From Candidatus Poribacteria bacterium (GTDB lineage Bacteria; Poribacteria; WGA-4E; PCPOR2b): 64,000 nucleotides of DNA. The notes beneath the pieces were generated by a model. That model saw nothing but the letters and a program-made list of their open reading frames with translations, did not search any database and was not told where the DNA came from. The DNA lies in assembly GCA_965198175.1 (NCBI GenBank), contig OZ240245.1, forward strand, positions 2,144,001 to 2,208,000, written 5' to 3'. Both the position numbers and the translations under genes were made by a program. This document shows, in pieces, positions 10,710 through 22,543 of the stretch (within the stretch, counting starts at the first letter, position 1; each line of letters starts with the position of its first letter).

Positions 10710-11018
10710 TCCTCCATCTTGAGACAGTTTATCACAGCATCATATTGAGTGTCAATTGCTTTTTGGTTCTGTCTGTATTAAGCGTGTGTCACAGCACCAC
10801 TGCCAATCATGGCATAGCTATGCGTTTGGCTCAAGGGATAATCGGTGTTTCGACTAATCATTCGCCTCCGCCAAAAAGTTGACGTTGATGTTACGAATAA
10901 TATCTGATAGACTGTTACGGCGGTTGAGCGTATTGGGATTTCCTCAATCTCGCACGATTTTCCGTTATAAGCCGGTTGGTATCAAGTATCATTCGTACGA
11001 GTTTTCTAGGAGATATTA

Positions 11019-12506
11019 ATGAACATATACGTCAAAGTTGGAGATTTCAGAACTGAAGGGGTTGATGCCATTGTCCTTGGCATCTTTGAAGGCGAAACTT
11101 CCCTCGACGGGGCGTCGCATCTTGCCGATGCGGCGATGAACGGAGCAATTCGTGAGTTGCTCGAATATGGCGACTTCGAAGGCGAATTTAAGCAAACGAG
11201 CGTGCTCTACACAAGGGGTGCGATCACAGCGCCGCGGATTGGGCTAGTCGGTCTGGGCAAATCGGAGGCTTTCAATCTGGAGAAAGCGCGTCAAGCAGCG
11301 GGCAAAATAGCGAAATCGATTCGAGATCTAGGAGCGAAAACATTCGCCATTCCATTGCCTTCTGATACACCAAAGGAGATGGTACAAGCTGTTGTTGAAG
11401 GCTGTCTGCTGGGGTTGTACGAATTCAACACACATAAAACACAGAATCTCCACAAGATTAAGGCGTTGGAAGCAATCACCTTTATCGTAGAGGATGAAGC
11501 TAGCATATCTGTCGTTGAGCAAGCAATGGAGGTTGGTGAGACTATCGCCGGTGGAACCATCCTTGCCCGTGACCTGAGCAATCAGCCGTCAAACTATCTG
11601 ACGCCAACGATGCTCGCAGAAAAAGCGCAAACGATCGCGGATACGACGGGACTGAAGTGCGAGATTTTTGAACTCGCGCAACTCAAGAAAAAAGGGTTCG
11701 GCGCATTAGTCGGGGTGGCTCAAGGAAGCCAGGAGGAACCCAGATTTATTATCCTAGAACATATCCCTGATGGGGAAGTACAAGACACCGTTGTCTTCGT
11801 TGGGAAAGGGATTACCTTTGATAGCGGCGGGTTGTCGCTCAAGCCGAGTCGAGGCATGGAAGAGATGAAACACGATATGTCTGGCGCGGCGGCAGTGCTC
11901 GGCGCTATGCAAGCAATCGGTAGGCTTAGACCAAATCTCCATGTGGTCGGATTGATTGCCGCGACTGAAAATTTGCCCAGCGGCACTGCCCAAAAACCGG
12001 GAGATGTTGTTAAATCTTACGCTGGCAAAACAATCGAAATCCTTAATACGGATGCTGAAGGACGCCTGGTGCTCGCGGATGCGCTAGGCTATGCAGCCGA
12101 ATTTAACCCCAAGGCTGTAATCGATCTTGCCACGCTGACCGGAGCTGTTATCACGGCGTTGGGGCACTTTGCTGCGGGGCTATTGGGAACAGACGACAAT
12201 ATAATCAAGAAGATTAAAGACGCTGCCGATAAAACCCACGAGCGGGTGTGGCAACTGCCTTTGTGGGAGGATTACGACGAGGGGATTAAAAGTGCTGTGG
12301 CTGATGTCCAGAACATCGGTGATGGAACGGCTGGGACAATTGCCGGTGCGGTTTTCCTGAAAAAATTTGCAGAGGGTTATCCATGGGCTCATCTTGATAT
12401 CGCGGGTACAGCATGGGGCGTGGAAGGTTCATCATATATTCCAAAGGGGGCTTCAGGCTACGGGGTGCGCCTGCTTGTGCAACTTGCTCGAGATTGGACA
12501 GCGTGA
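11019..12506 (+). CDS. pepA: Leucyl aminopeptidase (M17)
   Basis: GKGITFDSGG, MKHDMSG, NTDAEGRL, ATLTG, HLDIAG. Confidence 0.96.
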   Translation: MNIYVKVGDFRTEGVDAIVLGIFEGETSLDGASHLADAAMNGAIRELLEYGDFEGEFKQTSVLYTRGAITAPRIGLVGLGKSEAFNLEKARQAAGKIAKSIRDLGAKTFAIPLPSDTPKEMVQAVVEGCLLGLYEFNTHKTQNLHKIKALEAITFIVEDEASISVVEQAMEVGETIAGGTILARDLSNQPSNYLTPTMLAEKAQTIADTTGLKCEIFELAQLKKKGFGALVGVAQGSQEEPRFIILEHIPDGEVQDTVVFVGKGITFDSGGLSLKPSRGMEEMKHDMSGAAAVLGAMQAIGRLRPNLHVVGLIAATENLPSGTAQKPGDVVKSYAGKTIEILNTDAEGRLVLADALGYAAEFNPKAVIDLATLTGAVITALGHFAAGLLGTDDNIIKKIKDAADKTHERVWQLPLWEDYDEGIKSAVADVQNIGDGTAGTIAGAVFLKKFAEGYPWAHLDIAGTAWGVEGSSYIPKGASGYGVRLLVQLARDWTA

Positions 12507-12776
12507 TTGGTGGTCTCAGTCGGTTACCAGCGCGTGTCAAAACCAACAGTCAAATTTGGTAAGGAGCAGATTCTACTACGCCTCCATGTTGAAAGCAGAA
12601 ATCGGCTTCGAAAATCATTCCAATCTCTACGGTGCATAGTTGATTATGCAAAGTCGTTGAAGTAGCAACTGCCTCATCTTATTCCCCGGATTGGCGCCGC
12701 CCTGGAAGAAGTTGTACCCGAAAGGAAAAGAATCAATCCAATTTACAAGAGCTCGGTGTCAAGAGGATTTTTTTGG

Positions 12777-12806
12777 TTGACATGCGGCAATGGGGTTGGG
12801 TATACT
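12777..12806 (+). promoter_or_regulatory. sigma70-like promoter
   Basis: TTGACA-N18-TATACT. Confidence 0.55.
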
Positions 12807-12819
12807 AATAATATGTGAG

Positions 12820-12856
12820 GGGAGGGACATCGCGGGATGTCTCTCCCTTTTTTTTT
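12820..12856 (+). terminator. Intrinsic terminator immediately after the promoter
   Basis: GGGAGGGACATC-GCGG-GATGTCTCTCCC followed by T9. Confidence 0.7.
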
Positions 12857-12899
12857 CTGATTGAGGAGGATGATTGAGGAGGATGAGGAGGATAAAGAA

Positions 12900-13334
12900 A
12901 TGGAAAATGGTCAATTGCCGGGCGAGACGACACTGGCGTTCACTTATTTTGAGATGTACCGAGATGCCGGGGATGGGCGTTCATTGGAATCGCTAGGTAA
13001 CCAAAAGGTAACCGGAAAAAAAAGATCTGTTTCGATGATCAAGAAGTGGTCGACGCAATATCATTGGGGCGAGCGCGTTGCGGCTTTTGATGCAGAGGCA
13101 GCACAGCGGGCTGCAGAAGCATTGGTAGCGCGTCGGGCGTCTGAAATCGAGGCGTTTATTGAAGCGGATATGCAAATCGCGACGCGAGTTCAGTCGTTGT
13201 GTCTGAATCAACTTCAAGCTTTAGAAGCCGAAAAGGATATTAGTGCTTTACGCCAACTGGTACTGACCTACAAAGAAGCGCGGTTATGGATGATGGAGCT
13301 CACGGGTGCTCTGGAGGAGGACATACAGACATGA
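12900..13334 (+). CDS. Phage-type HTH protein (terminase small subunit-like)
   Basis: ET..AF..F..YRD.G..RSL...KWS..Y.W.ERV.AFD pattern, as seen in phage small-terminase-like HTH proteins; ATG 12900 follows GAGGAG. Confidence 0.5.
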   Translation: MENGQLPGETTLAFTYFEMYRDAGDGRSLESLGNQKVTGKKRSVSMIKKWSTQYHWGERVAAFDAEAAQRAAEALVARRASEIEAFIEADMQIATRVQSLCLNQLQALEAEKDISALRQLVLTYKEARLWMMELTGALEEDIQT

Positions 13335-14371
13335 AAAAGCGTAAGAAATTTCATGAGTTGCGCTATCCCAATCGAGGGGTATCGAAGGGTCGAAATTCTC
13401 CGGAGCAAACGCTAGCGATGCCAGCGTCTGCAACACAGAAAAGAAAAACAACAGAAGCTATTTTACCTGCTCCTGCGGCATCAGAATCCACATCTGGCAA
13501 AATCTGTTTTCCAGAGGTGACACCGGAGCAGATCGAAAGGAGCGACAGGGGACTGAGAAGGATTAGTCGGCTGCATGGCGTCAATGTTCCGGAGCCCGAG
13601 GATGAGAAGAAAGTTGAAAATCCCAGAGCGTGTTATGACGGAAGCATGATTATAGGGGACAGTGTAGAAGACAGTTTAATCATCCTAACAGATATTGAGA
13701 CGGGCTTCTTCAGGGAGTGTGTTCAGGCGAATGATGGCGGAGGTTGGTATGGCGGTTCTAATTGTCGGCACCTGGAAAGATATGGTCTGAGTCCGTACGA
13801 ACCCTTCAAAGAACAGCACATTCCGGTGTTTGAGGAGAGGGAACGGGACAACCTCCTTGTGGGATTGATATATCGGAAAGCGTATCACCGATCGACAGCG
13901 AACATCCCGGCTTTCGGCAAATCTGTCAAGATTTTGGTTCAGGAGTGTTGGTTTAAGTGTTATCTCCCGTGGCGTTGCCTTGAGAGAGACATTCCGCGTT
14001 CGGTAGACGTTGCCAATAACATACTGCAAGAATTGGAGCCGGAGATTACAAAGCAGGCTCAGATAGTGCAAACGAAAATTAAAACAGAGCTAAGACTCAG
14101 GAAGGCGTCCGGAGAGTATGACGGCGATGCTGTTTTCGGACCTGCGGGTGTTTCAGGCTGGGCTGCCCTACCGGTGCCGATGACTCGCGATGAGTTAAAT
14201 GGGTTAGAAGCGTTTTATGAAGAAGATCGGACAGCGGATCGCCGTGTCAATGAGAAATCTGATGCCCATGATAAGGGAACGCTTGGACCGAAATGGTCGT
14301 ATGGTCTAAATGACGTGTGGGATAGGGAGACTAGCTTAGAAGACTTGCAGAAACGCCTAGCGGCAAGATAG
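13331..14371 (+). CDS. Hypothetical protein
   Basis: Long ORF; ATG overlaps the upstream stop (ATGA); no motif recognised. Confidence 0.6.
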   Translation: MKKRKKFHELRYPNRGVSKGRNSPEQTLAMPASATQKRKTTEAILPAPAASESTSGKICFPEVTPEQIERSDRGLRRISRLHGVNVPEPEDEKKVENPRACYDGSMIIGDSVEDSLIILTDIETGFFRECVQANDGGGWYGGSNCRHLERYGLSPYEPFKEQHIPVFEERERDNLLVGLIYRKAYHRSTANIPAFGKSVKILVQECWFKCYLPWRCLERDIPRSVDVANNILQELEPEITKQAQIVQTKIKTELRLRKASGEYDGDAVFGPAGVSGWAALPVPMTRDELNGLEAFYEEDRTADRRVNEKSDAHDKGTLGPKWSYGLNDVWDRETSLEDLQKRLAAR

Positions 14372-14382
14372 CGGTAGTTTCT

Positions 14383-14609
14383 GTAGGTTGGGTAGAGCGG
14401 TGTTGGTGAAACACGTGAATTATGACGAATGAGTTTCGTTCGGTTGAATGCGTTCTTGACTTGTTGGATAAAGCGAAACCCAACTATCAAGCGATTGAAC
14501 AGGGAACGCGATAGTTTTGGTGTCGGTGAAGACTATCGCCTAACATCTCTATCGCGTTCCCTATTTGGTCACTTGCTCTATTCGCTCAGTTGATCTCAAC
14601 CCAACCTAG
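14383..14609. repeat. GTAG-type REP/REPIN-like palindromic element
   Basis: GTAGGTTGGGT...CCCAAC...GATCTCAACCCAACCTAG; ends shared with copies at 47682, 50206 and 53183. Confidence 0.75.
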
Positions 14610-14636
14610 AAAAACTCAAGCCGATAGTGCCCCCGT

Positions 14637-17521
14637 TTACAGCACAACCTTCGACTTCTTCCCACCCTGGATGCTCGGCTCTGCACACAACCGCTCGCGG
14701 AGGCGATGCAAACCTTCATGAACCTCCGGATGTGACGCCTCGGAAATCCCAAGCACCTCAGATAACAATCGCCGATCCAACTCCTGACGCACCGCATCTT
14801 CGTACATCTGATTGAACGGGAGCATTTTTTCATACTTCATCTCTTGAAAAATCTGCTTGGCGTTTTGCAAGGCGGTCTGATCCAATTGGCGTACATCCAA
14901 CGTTGGCATAGAACGTAACAGTGTCAAACGAATTGCCCCTCGCCCCGCGTGTACTCTGTTACAGCGCATCTAGTAGCACAATAATCCCAGTGTTGAGTTG
15001 CCCCACAAGGCAAAAGCGTAGTCGTACGAGGGGCTCTCAAACAGGACATTGGGCAGTAAACGGATACCGATAGCGAGTTTGAATTAAAACGCAATTCTAC
15101 ATTGTGGTGGATGCGGCTATTCCTTTGCAATATCTCTTGGGCTTTGTCCCAATAATTGGAACGAATGAGTCCGTGACAATCCGGTTGCACAACTATGGCG
15201 CGTTGATTATCTGAATCGAGATGCCACAGCGCCGGATACAAATCTGTATCGGAGCACCCAATTTCTATATCAAAGGCACCCCATGATGGGTCTTTAATAG
15301 TTCGGTGGTCAAAACCGATTGTCGCAATTTCACTGACAGAACTCATGGGAATTTTGAGAGGGGCACGCTGCCCCGGTAACCAGACACACCCATTTGCTAA
15401 ATGATAAGCGGATTGAATCAACGCGAGTTCTCTAATGCGTGAGGTGCTCCATATTTGTTCTAATGGACAATTTAAGGCAGATCCAATTATCTCAGCCCCC
15501 ACCTTGATAGGATTCCCACCGATCGGTGGATCTTCAAACTTTCTGACATCCCGGAGACACCCAATCCGCTTAGCTATTTCAATTGCCTCTAAATGGCTAT
15601 TAGGCCTGCGGTACAGACAGACAAAGATGCCGCGTCCAGTGTTTTCCGTCCTACCTTTGAGGGCAACGACGAGACACTCCGCCATGTTCGTGTCCGCGGA
15701 GAAGGCGCAGTTTTCCGTTTTGGCGTCGGCGATGGTGACAACGGTTACGCCGTGATACATAGTAGCCCATAGGTCTCGTACCTTCTGCCAGTTGGGAGAA
15801 GTTAATACAGTCAGGGGAAGTACAAACCCCATCGTGGGCGGATACAAGGAGGCATCTCTGCTACTGTTTTTTAGCATCCGATCCGCGAGGTCAACGAAGT
15901 AGGAACCGAGCCCAGCGTTACCATTTGCTAAGGAGGTTTCTATGTCTCGCAACGCTGCCTTCATTTCCTGGGCAATATCTGCATCCCTATCTCCGAATAC
16001 AGTCTTTGGAACATTAGGGCTATCTGAACTATTGTCCGCTCCCACCCGTGTAAAGGGTGGATTATCGACAATAACGTCAAACTCGCCGTGCCGAAACTCC
16101 GGTCTATTGGTATCGTCTTCGAGATCATCGCCCTGAACTCTCTCCGTATTGAATAGCCCTAATGGAAACGTTGCCTCCGGATTCTCAAGTAAATCCAAAG
16201 CCCCAATCGCATATTTGCCATCGGGTCGTTGCGTGCCGTATGCCATAGTGTGAATGCGGGTCTTGCCGATTTTGACATCGGGGTAGGTACTCGCAATGAT
16301 TGAGGCAGTGAGGTGGCTAGCATTGGGCATAATATCAGCCCCGACAAGATTATTCTCTACCATTTGTTGGTGAATGTCTCTCCCGCTCCCACCGCTTTGT
16401 TCATACAGCGCCAAAATCCGCTGGTAAAGTCCGTTTAACAGTGCCCCAGTGCCACAAGCAAAATCGGCAACCTTTGGGAAAGTAAATAGCCCGTCCCCTA
16501 GGGTAGGCTGTTCGTTGGGTAAGACGAGGGCGGAAAGCAATGCAACGGACTCGGGGCGCGTATAATTCGCCTTGATGAACCTCCGGTCAACAATCAGCCG
16601 TTGAAAGACGATGCCCGCCAACTCATGCACCTGTTCCAGCCCTCGTGCAATCAGTCCTTCGGCGGTGTCGCGCAATATCTGCAACACCTGCCCCACTAGC
16701 CCATCATCTGTTGCCAGCACCTCTTCCGTCAAACGATACGCAACATCAAAAATTGGACGGTAGTTGACCTGTCGAACCAATTCCCAAGCGTTCAAGACTT
16801 CATTGACGTTAAGTTGTGTACCTATTCTTTGGAGTTGGACGAGGGACGGTACTGTTTCCATTTCCGGTGTGCCGGCAAGCGCGCTCTGAAAAACGAAAGC
16901 ATTTGTGATGATTAGCATCGCCATCCGATAGGTCTGTTCACCCGCTTCTTGATAGAGGATTTCCTCGATTGTTTCTGTGATGTGGGGGCGCGTCTCTGCG
17001 GCAGCAGCAAGGAGAATTGCAGCTTCATTTACGCCGCTCTCTAGATGTTCGGCGGCTTGGGCAACCTTGGAAACGGGGATGGCACCGATTCGTAGCGCAG
17101 TGGCAACGTCACTGATGTTGCCGACAAACCAACCGCTACTGGGAAAACGGTGGGGTGCATCTACACTGAAAAGTGCATAATGGAGGTCATTAACATCTCG
17201 TAGTGCGTCCGAGATTTCGGCACTACTGAATTGTCGAAACCGATAGGGGACTCGTAATGCCATGGCGGTTCTAACCGTCTCAAACGATGCCAGGCGTTTT
17301 CCGAGTCGTTTTCTTGCTTGTTCTTCGCCCTCCAAGTTCGGTGAGTGAAGACGATCAATTTTTACCTCTATGACCACTGGCTCTCTGCCGGTTTCTGTTA
17401 CGGTTATATCGGGACGTTGGGCTTCGCGTAGTAGTGTTTCCTGAGGTTCGACGCTCCAAGTGTTTCTTCGCTCTCGTAATATATCCGCTATATAGATCGA
17501 GATTGTATCCTCATTTCGCAT
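14637..17521 (-). pseudogene. Type IIG restriction-modification enzyme (PD-(D/E)xK nuclease + N6-adenine MTase + TRD), disrupted near the C-terminus
   Basis: RPDI...IEVK, DFACGTG, NPPF; frame breaks at about 15060-15020 and an in-frame TAG in WGNSTLGLLCY*M; tail continues as ORF 14637-14969. Confidence 0.8.
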
Positions 17522-18086
17522 CCGTATCTCCGTCTTTCTTCCTAGCCGGCACAGATGAACAAACTGCGTTGATTGCAATTCCGGTTTTTTGACTGTTTCC
17601 TGCTTCTAATCTGAGCTAATTCTGCGGTGCTTCTGACATGTCGTGTGCTCGTGTTTATTTTGATTTGTGGATAGCAACGCTCCGGTGTGGTTAGCTAGGG
17701 GTTAGTAGCTTACTGTGAAACTTTTTCATCATGGCATGAATCGTCCGCAGTGTCAAGCATTTTATGCTGCGTTTTAAAGTAATTGGTAGGGTGGAAACGC
17801 GAGGGAGAAACTGTGGTTATGATATGATTGACCATCTGTAAAACAGCGTTGGTTGCCATCTTTTCGGATAAATTCGGCGAAAATAATTCTGGGGCAATTT
17901 TTTTCTTGACTAGGTAACGTATACATAGTAATATTTAGTTAAGTATTTTAGATGGGTTAGGAATTCATACAATTGTGATTGCTTGCTGATAGACAACCTT
18001 AACAATCACATTAAAGAAATACTGGCTTACGAAGTGGCTGTCTGAGGTGTGAAATTGGAAAGGACTGCATCTATATAAATTTAGGG

Positions 18087-18787
18087 GTGACTGAGATGAC
18101 GGATGAAGCCAGTGAAGCCGTCATATTCATTAGGCATCTACATTCTGAGTTGAGAGGGATTTACCCTGGAATCCAAACCGGCATTGCATCGTCCCGTTTC
18201 GCCAGTTATGCCGCAGCGCAAAACGCAGCCCCTGATGAGCCGTGTGTTGTGTCATCAGAGGAAACGCCGGCGTTCTTGGCGGATCAGAGCGTTTCGGTTC
18301 GGCAATTGATGCGGAACTTCTCCGGCGTCTGGGCAGATTGGGGCTCAGCGCCTTGGGGCAGTTGGCGAACATCAACAAGGTAGATCTTATCAGACAGTTT
18401 GGAAAACAAGGCGTTATGATGTCGGAGTCAAAGTCAGGAAAGGGAGTTGACCCATCCCCGCCCGCTTTTGATCGCCCGTCAAAAACGGTTAGCACGAATT
18501 CTTGGCAGCGAAGGATTTGGGGCGACGAGACGAGAATCAGCGGCAGCGCGCCTCCGATCCCTGTTGCGATTGTGTCAAATAAAAATGGACACCAGATTGA
18601 TTTTCCGCAAAAACTTTTATTTGACAACAAATGGCAACATGTTGACCGAATTATTGAATATTGGAAACGAGAAGATAGATGGTGGACGGAACAACCGGAA
18701 AATTCCATGTACTTTAAAATAGTTGTGGCTGGTCAGGAATTAACAGTGTGCCGTGATCTTACTAGTCTTGAATGGAGTTGGTACTAA
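18087..18787 (+). pseudogene. imuB: Reduced, frameshifted ImuB/Y-family polymerase-like gene with DUF6504-like C-terminal region
   Basis: GIASSRFASYAAA...FLADQSV then, in another frame, LRRLGRLGL..LGQLA....L.RQFG; C-terminal W....RWW...YF; directly upstream of dnaE2. Confidence 0.6.
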
Positions 18788-18789
18788 GC

Positions 18790-21255
18790 ATGAATTACAC
18801 CGAACTTCACTGTCATAGCTTTTACAGTTTTTCGGACGGCACTTCTAGCCCGGACGTACTTGCGGATCGAGCGCAGAAACTCGGACTTAGAAGTTTGGCG
18901 TTAACGGATACAGCGGGTTTGTACGGCGTCATTCCGTTTATCAAGCGATGCGAAGAGATTGGGCTTCACGGCATCGTCGGTTCGGTAATTTCCGTAGCCT
19001 TAGACGAAAAAGTTGATAAAGTCGTTTTGTTGTCTCAGGACATAACGGGTTATCATCAACTTTCCCGGCTGATTACCCGCGCTCATGCCAACGCAACATC
19101 CGACCCGCAAGTAACGGTGGAGCAACTCAACGAATGCTCATTTAATCTCATTTGCCTGATTGGAAAACAGAGCCACGCCGCCACGCTTTTGCGGAACAAC
19201 CAGATTAAATCGGCGCGGGCGCGTTTAGATGAGTACCGTCAAATCTTTTCCGATAATCGTCTTTATATCGAACTCAACAATCATCTCGAACTCGCCGATA
19301 TCGGTCTTTGTAAGACACTGTATCAGCTCGCGCGTGAGTTTTCCCTGAAATGTGTCGCTAGCAATGCGGTGCTTTATGCGACTCCGGACAAGGCGCGATT
19401 GCACGATGTGATGCGGGGCATTGCACATAAGACCACGCTCGAACAATCTGATTCAATTCGTGCGCTCAACCACGAACGCTATCTCAAGTCGCCGCAAGAA
19501 ATGCAGGCGTAATTCGCCGAAATCCCATCGGCGATAGCAAATACGCAAGTAATCAGTGAGCAATGCAATCTTGCACTTGATTTTTCTGAATATCGGTTTC
19601 CCAGCTATGCTGTGCCTGCGGGCTACACGGAAAGTACATATTTGACCATGCTATGTGAGACATCGCTCTCTAAAAAGTATGCCTCAATAACGGATCAGAT
19701 TAGAGCTAGACTGCGCGAGGAACTTACGCTTATCAGGCGCCTAGGTCTTGCCGGATACTTCTTAATGGTGTGGGATATCGTGCAATTCGCCCAATCTAAA
19801 GGAATCCCAACGCAGGGACGCGGTTCGGCGGCGAATTCGCTCGTGACTTATCTTCTCGCTATCACCACGGTAGATCCGATCGCGCATAATTTGGTATTCG
19901 CCCGATTTCTCAACGAAGAACGATCTACGATTCCGGACATCGATCTCGATTTCGCCTCTGCGCGCGATGCTCAGTTGCCCGATCGAGATGATGTCCTCAA
20001 CTACGTTCAGCGTAAATACGGCGTTAATCATGTAGGATTAACTTGCACGTTCATCACTTTCGGCGTCAAGATGGCTATCCGTGAGATTGGGAAGGTCGTT
20101 GGCTACCCGAAATCCCTGTTGGAAAAGATGTCACGCTTCACGGAAGGGCGAAAAGATCCAGAGCCTGCCTTTAGCAAGATTGAGACATTCAGGCAATTTG
20201 ATTGCTATACCAAACAAGCAAAGTGGCGGTATTTCCGCGATCAGGTTCAGGCGGTGATCGGCACGCCTCGCCACGTTTCGACACATCCGGGCGGGATGAT
20301 AATCACTTCGTGTGAACTTACGAAGTTGGTGCCACTACAGTATTCAACGATACAAGGACAACGAATCTGTCAATGGGACAAGGATATGGTGGAAACCGCA
20401 GGTCTTGTAAAAGTGGACCTATTAGGCTTGGGTATTCTCGCCGTAATTAGAGAATGCCTTATTTTGATTGGGGAGGCTTACGGACTCAAAATCGACATAG
20501 CGGACATAAAAACTGATGATCCTGCCGTATACGATATGATCACTCGCGCGGACACGATTGGGTTGTTCCAGATAGAATCACGCGTCCAAATTCAGACGTT
20601 GCCGCGCGTCAAACCGCGCAATTTGTTAGACCTAGCGATTGAAGTGGCGATAATTCGCCCGGGCCCAGTCCAAGGCAACATGGTCAATCCGTACATTCGT
20701 CGGCGACAGGGACGTGAGAGAATTCAGTATCAGCACCGTCTCCTTGAGCCAATTCTTGAAGAGACCCTAGCGGTGGTGCTCTTTCAAGAACAAATCATAC
20801 AAACGTTGCCAAGAATTGACTCATAGTCTCAGTTGGCGTGGGAATATCGCGTGCAGGGGTTTTCAACGCACACCCATCCGATGCAGTACATCCGGAATAA
20901 GCTCAGCAAGAGTGTCCGTCGTGGCGACACGCTGAAAAATCTGCGAAATGGCGTAAGAACCTGCGTAGCCGGACTGGTCGTGTGTATACAAAAACCTGCC
21001 ACTGCAAAGGGAGTTGCCTTCATGCTAATTGAAGACGAGGAAAGCCTCCTCAATGTGATTATTTTCCGCGATGTCTATAATCGGTGTCGATCAATCTTTA
21101 AGCTTTCTCCGTTTGTGTGTGTTTACGGAATTTTGAAGCGTGAGGGTGAGCTAATTAACATCCAAGCACAATCTTTTACAGAAATGTCTTTCAGCAAAGG
21201 TTCATCGGCGGATTCACGTAGAAATAGATATGCTCACGGAAAAAACTGGACATGA
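18790..21255 (+). pseudogene. dnaE2: Error-prone DNA polymerase III alpha (DnaE2/ImuC) with two in-frame stops and an internal deletion
   Basis: YTELHCHSFYSF PHP domain, GRGSAANS, PDIDLDF, KVDLLGLG, C-terminal OB fold; three ORFs in one frame separated by TAA 19510 and TAG 20824. Confidence 0.88.
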
Positions 21256-21308
21256 AAGGGAACGCAATTTATAATTAACTATCATCTAAGAAAAGAGAGG
21301 AGATAATG

Positions 21309-21980
21309 ATGTGTGGACGATTCACACTCTCCGCTACCCTTACCACCTTAACGAAAACCTTTCCCGAGTTCGAACTCCCCGACCAAATTATCCCCCGATA
21401 CAACATTACACCCACACAAGAGGTCGCTGTCGTTGCGAATGATAAAAACACAAAAATACAGTTCTTTCGTTGGGGACTGATTCCGTCGTGGGCAAAAGAC
21501 CCGACAATCGGCAATAGAATGATTAACTCGCGGTCCGAGACACTGGCGGAAAAACCCTCATTCCGAACCGCGTACAGACGTTGGCGATGTCTCGTCTTGG
21601 CAGACGGTTATTACGAGTGGCGAAAGGAGCCGGGCGGCGGCGCAAAAACGCCGTTTTACATCCGCATGGCGTCGGAGAAACCCTTCGCCTTCGCGGGGCT
21701 ATGGGAGCAGTGGCAACCATCGAGAGACGCAGATACGGTTTTATCCTGCACAATCCTCACGTGTCCACCCAACGAGATTTTGGAGCGAGTTCATAATCGT
21801 ATGCCGGTGATTCTCGATTATGATGCGTATGACCTCTGGCTAGAGCCAACCAACCAAAAGCCAGCCGAGCTAAATCACCTTCTGAAGCCATATCCTGCCG
21901 ATGAGATGACAGCCCACGCGGTTTCGCGTCTAGTGAATCAACCGAAGAACGATAGGGCGGAGTGCATTTTGCCGGTTTGA
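21309..21980 (+). CDS. SOS response-associated peptidase (SRAP/HMCES/YedK family)
   Basis: MCGRF N-terminus, RYNITP, WGLIPSW, GYYEW, HNRMPVIL. Confidence 0.93.
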   Translation: MCGRFTLSATLTTLTKTFPEFELPDQIIPRYNITPTQEVAVVANDKNTKIQFFRWGLIPSWAKDPTIGNRMINSRSETLAEKPSFRTAYRRWRCLVLADGYYEWRKEPGGGAKTPFYIRMASEKPFAFAGLWEQWQPSRDADTVLSCTILTCPPNEILERVHNRMPVILDYDAYDLWLEPTNQKPAELNHLLKPYPADEMTAHAVSRLVNQPKNDRAECILPV

Positions 21981-22043
21981 CGAGATTGGACAAGAAGTTG
22001 CAATAGGAGCGCGTTTGGGGAGAATCCTATAACGTAGAGGTAA

Positions 22044-22415
22044 ATGATGCAACGCTTTTTCTTCATTTTAGGTTCTGGATTTGCGATGATTGGTGTCATT
22101 GCCGGCGCGTTCGGCGCGCATGGGCTTAAGGGAAGAATCTCAGGCGAGATGCTGGAGACCTTTGACGTTGCCGTCCGATATCAGATGTACCATGCACTAG
22201 GACTGCTCGCAGTTGCATGGGCTATCTCTCGGTGGCACAGCCAACCAATCCACATGGCGGGATGGTTATTCATCATCGGCATCCTCATTTTTTCAGGGAG
22301 CCTATATATTCTGAGCTTGACTGGAATCCGCTGGTTTGGGGCAATCACGCCCGTCGGTGGACTTGTCTTGATTGTAGGTTGGGTATGTCTCATCTGGGGG
22401 ACGATACGCAGCTAA
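22044..22415 (+). CDS. DUF423 membrane protein
   Basis: GAFGAHGL, YQMYH, FSGSLY, GAITPVGG. Confidence 0.9.
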   Translation: MMQRFFFILGSGFAMIGVIAGAFGAHGLKGRISGEMLETFDVAVRYQMYHALGLLAVAWAISRWHSQPIHMAGWLFIIGILIFSGSLYILSLTGIRWFGAITPVGGLVLIVGWVCLIWGTIRS

Positions 22416-22543
22416 CAGAGAATGTTGGCTATTCCATTTCTCTAAAACCGACTGCAATAACATCAGGATCACGATTTTTCTTTTTTTGCGGAGTATCGTT
22501 GTTCTGTTGATTCGCCCTTTCTCACGCATTGCACATCATGGAT

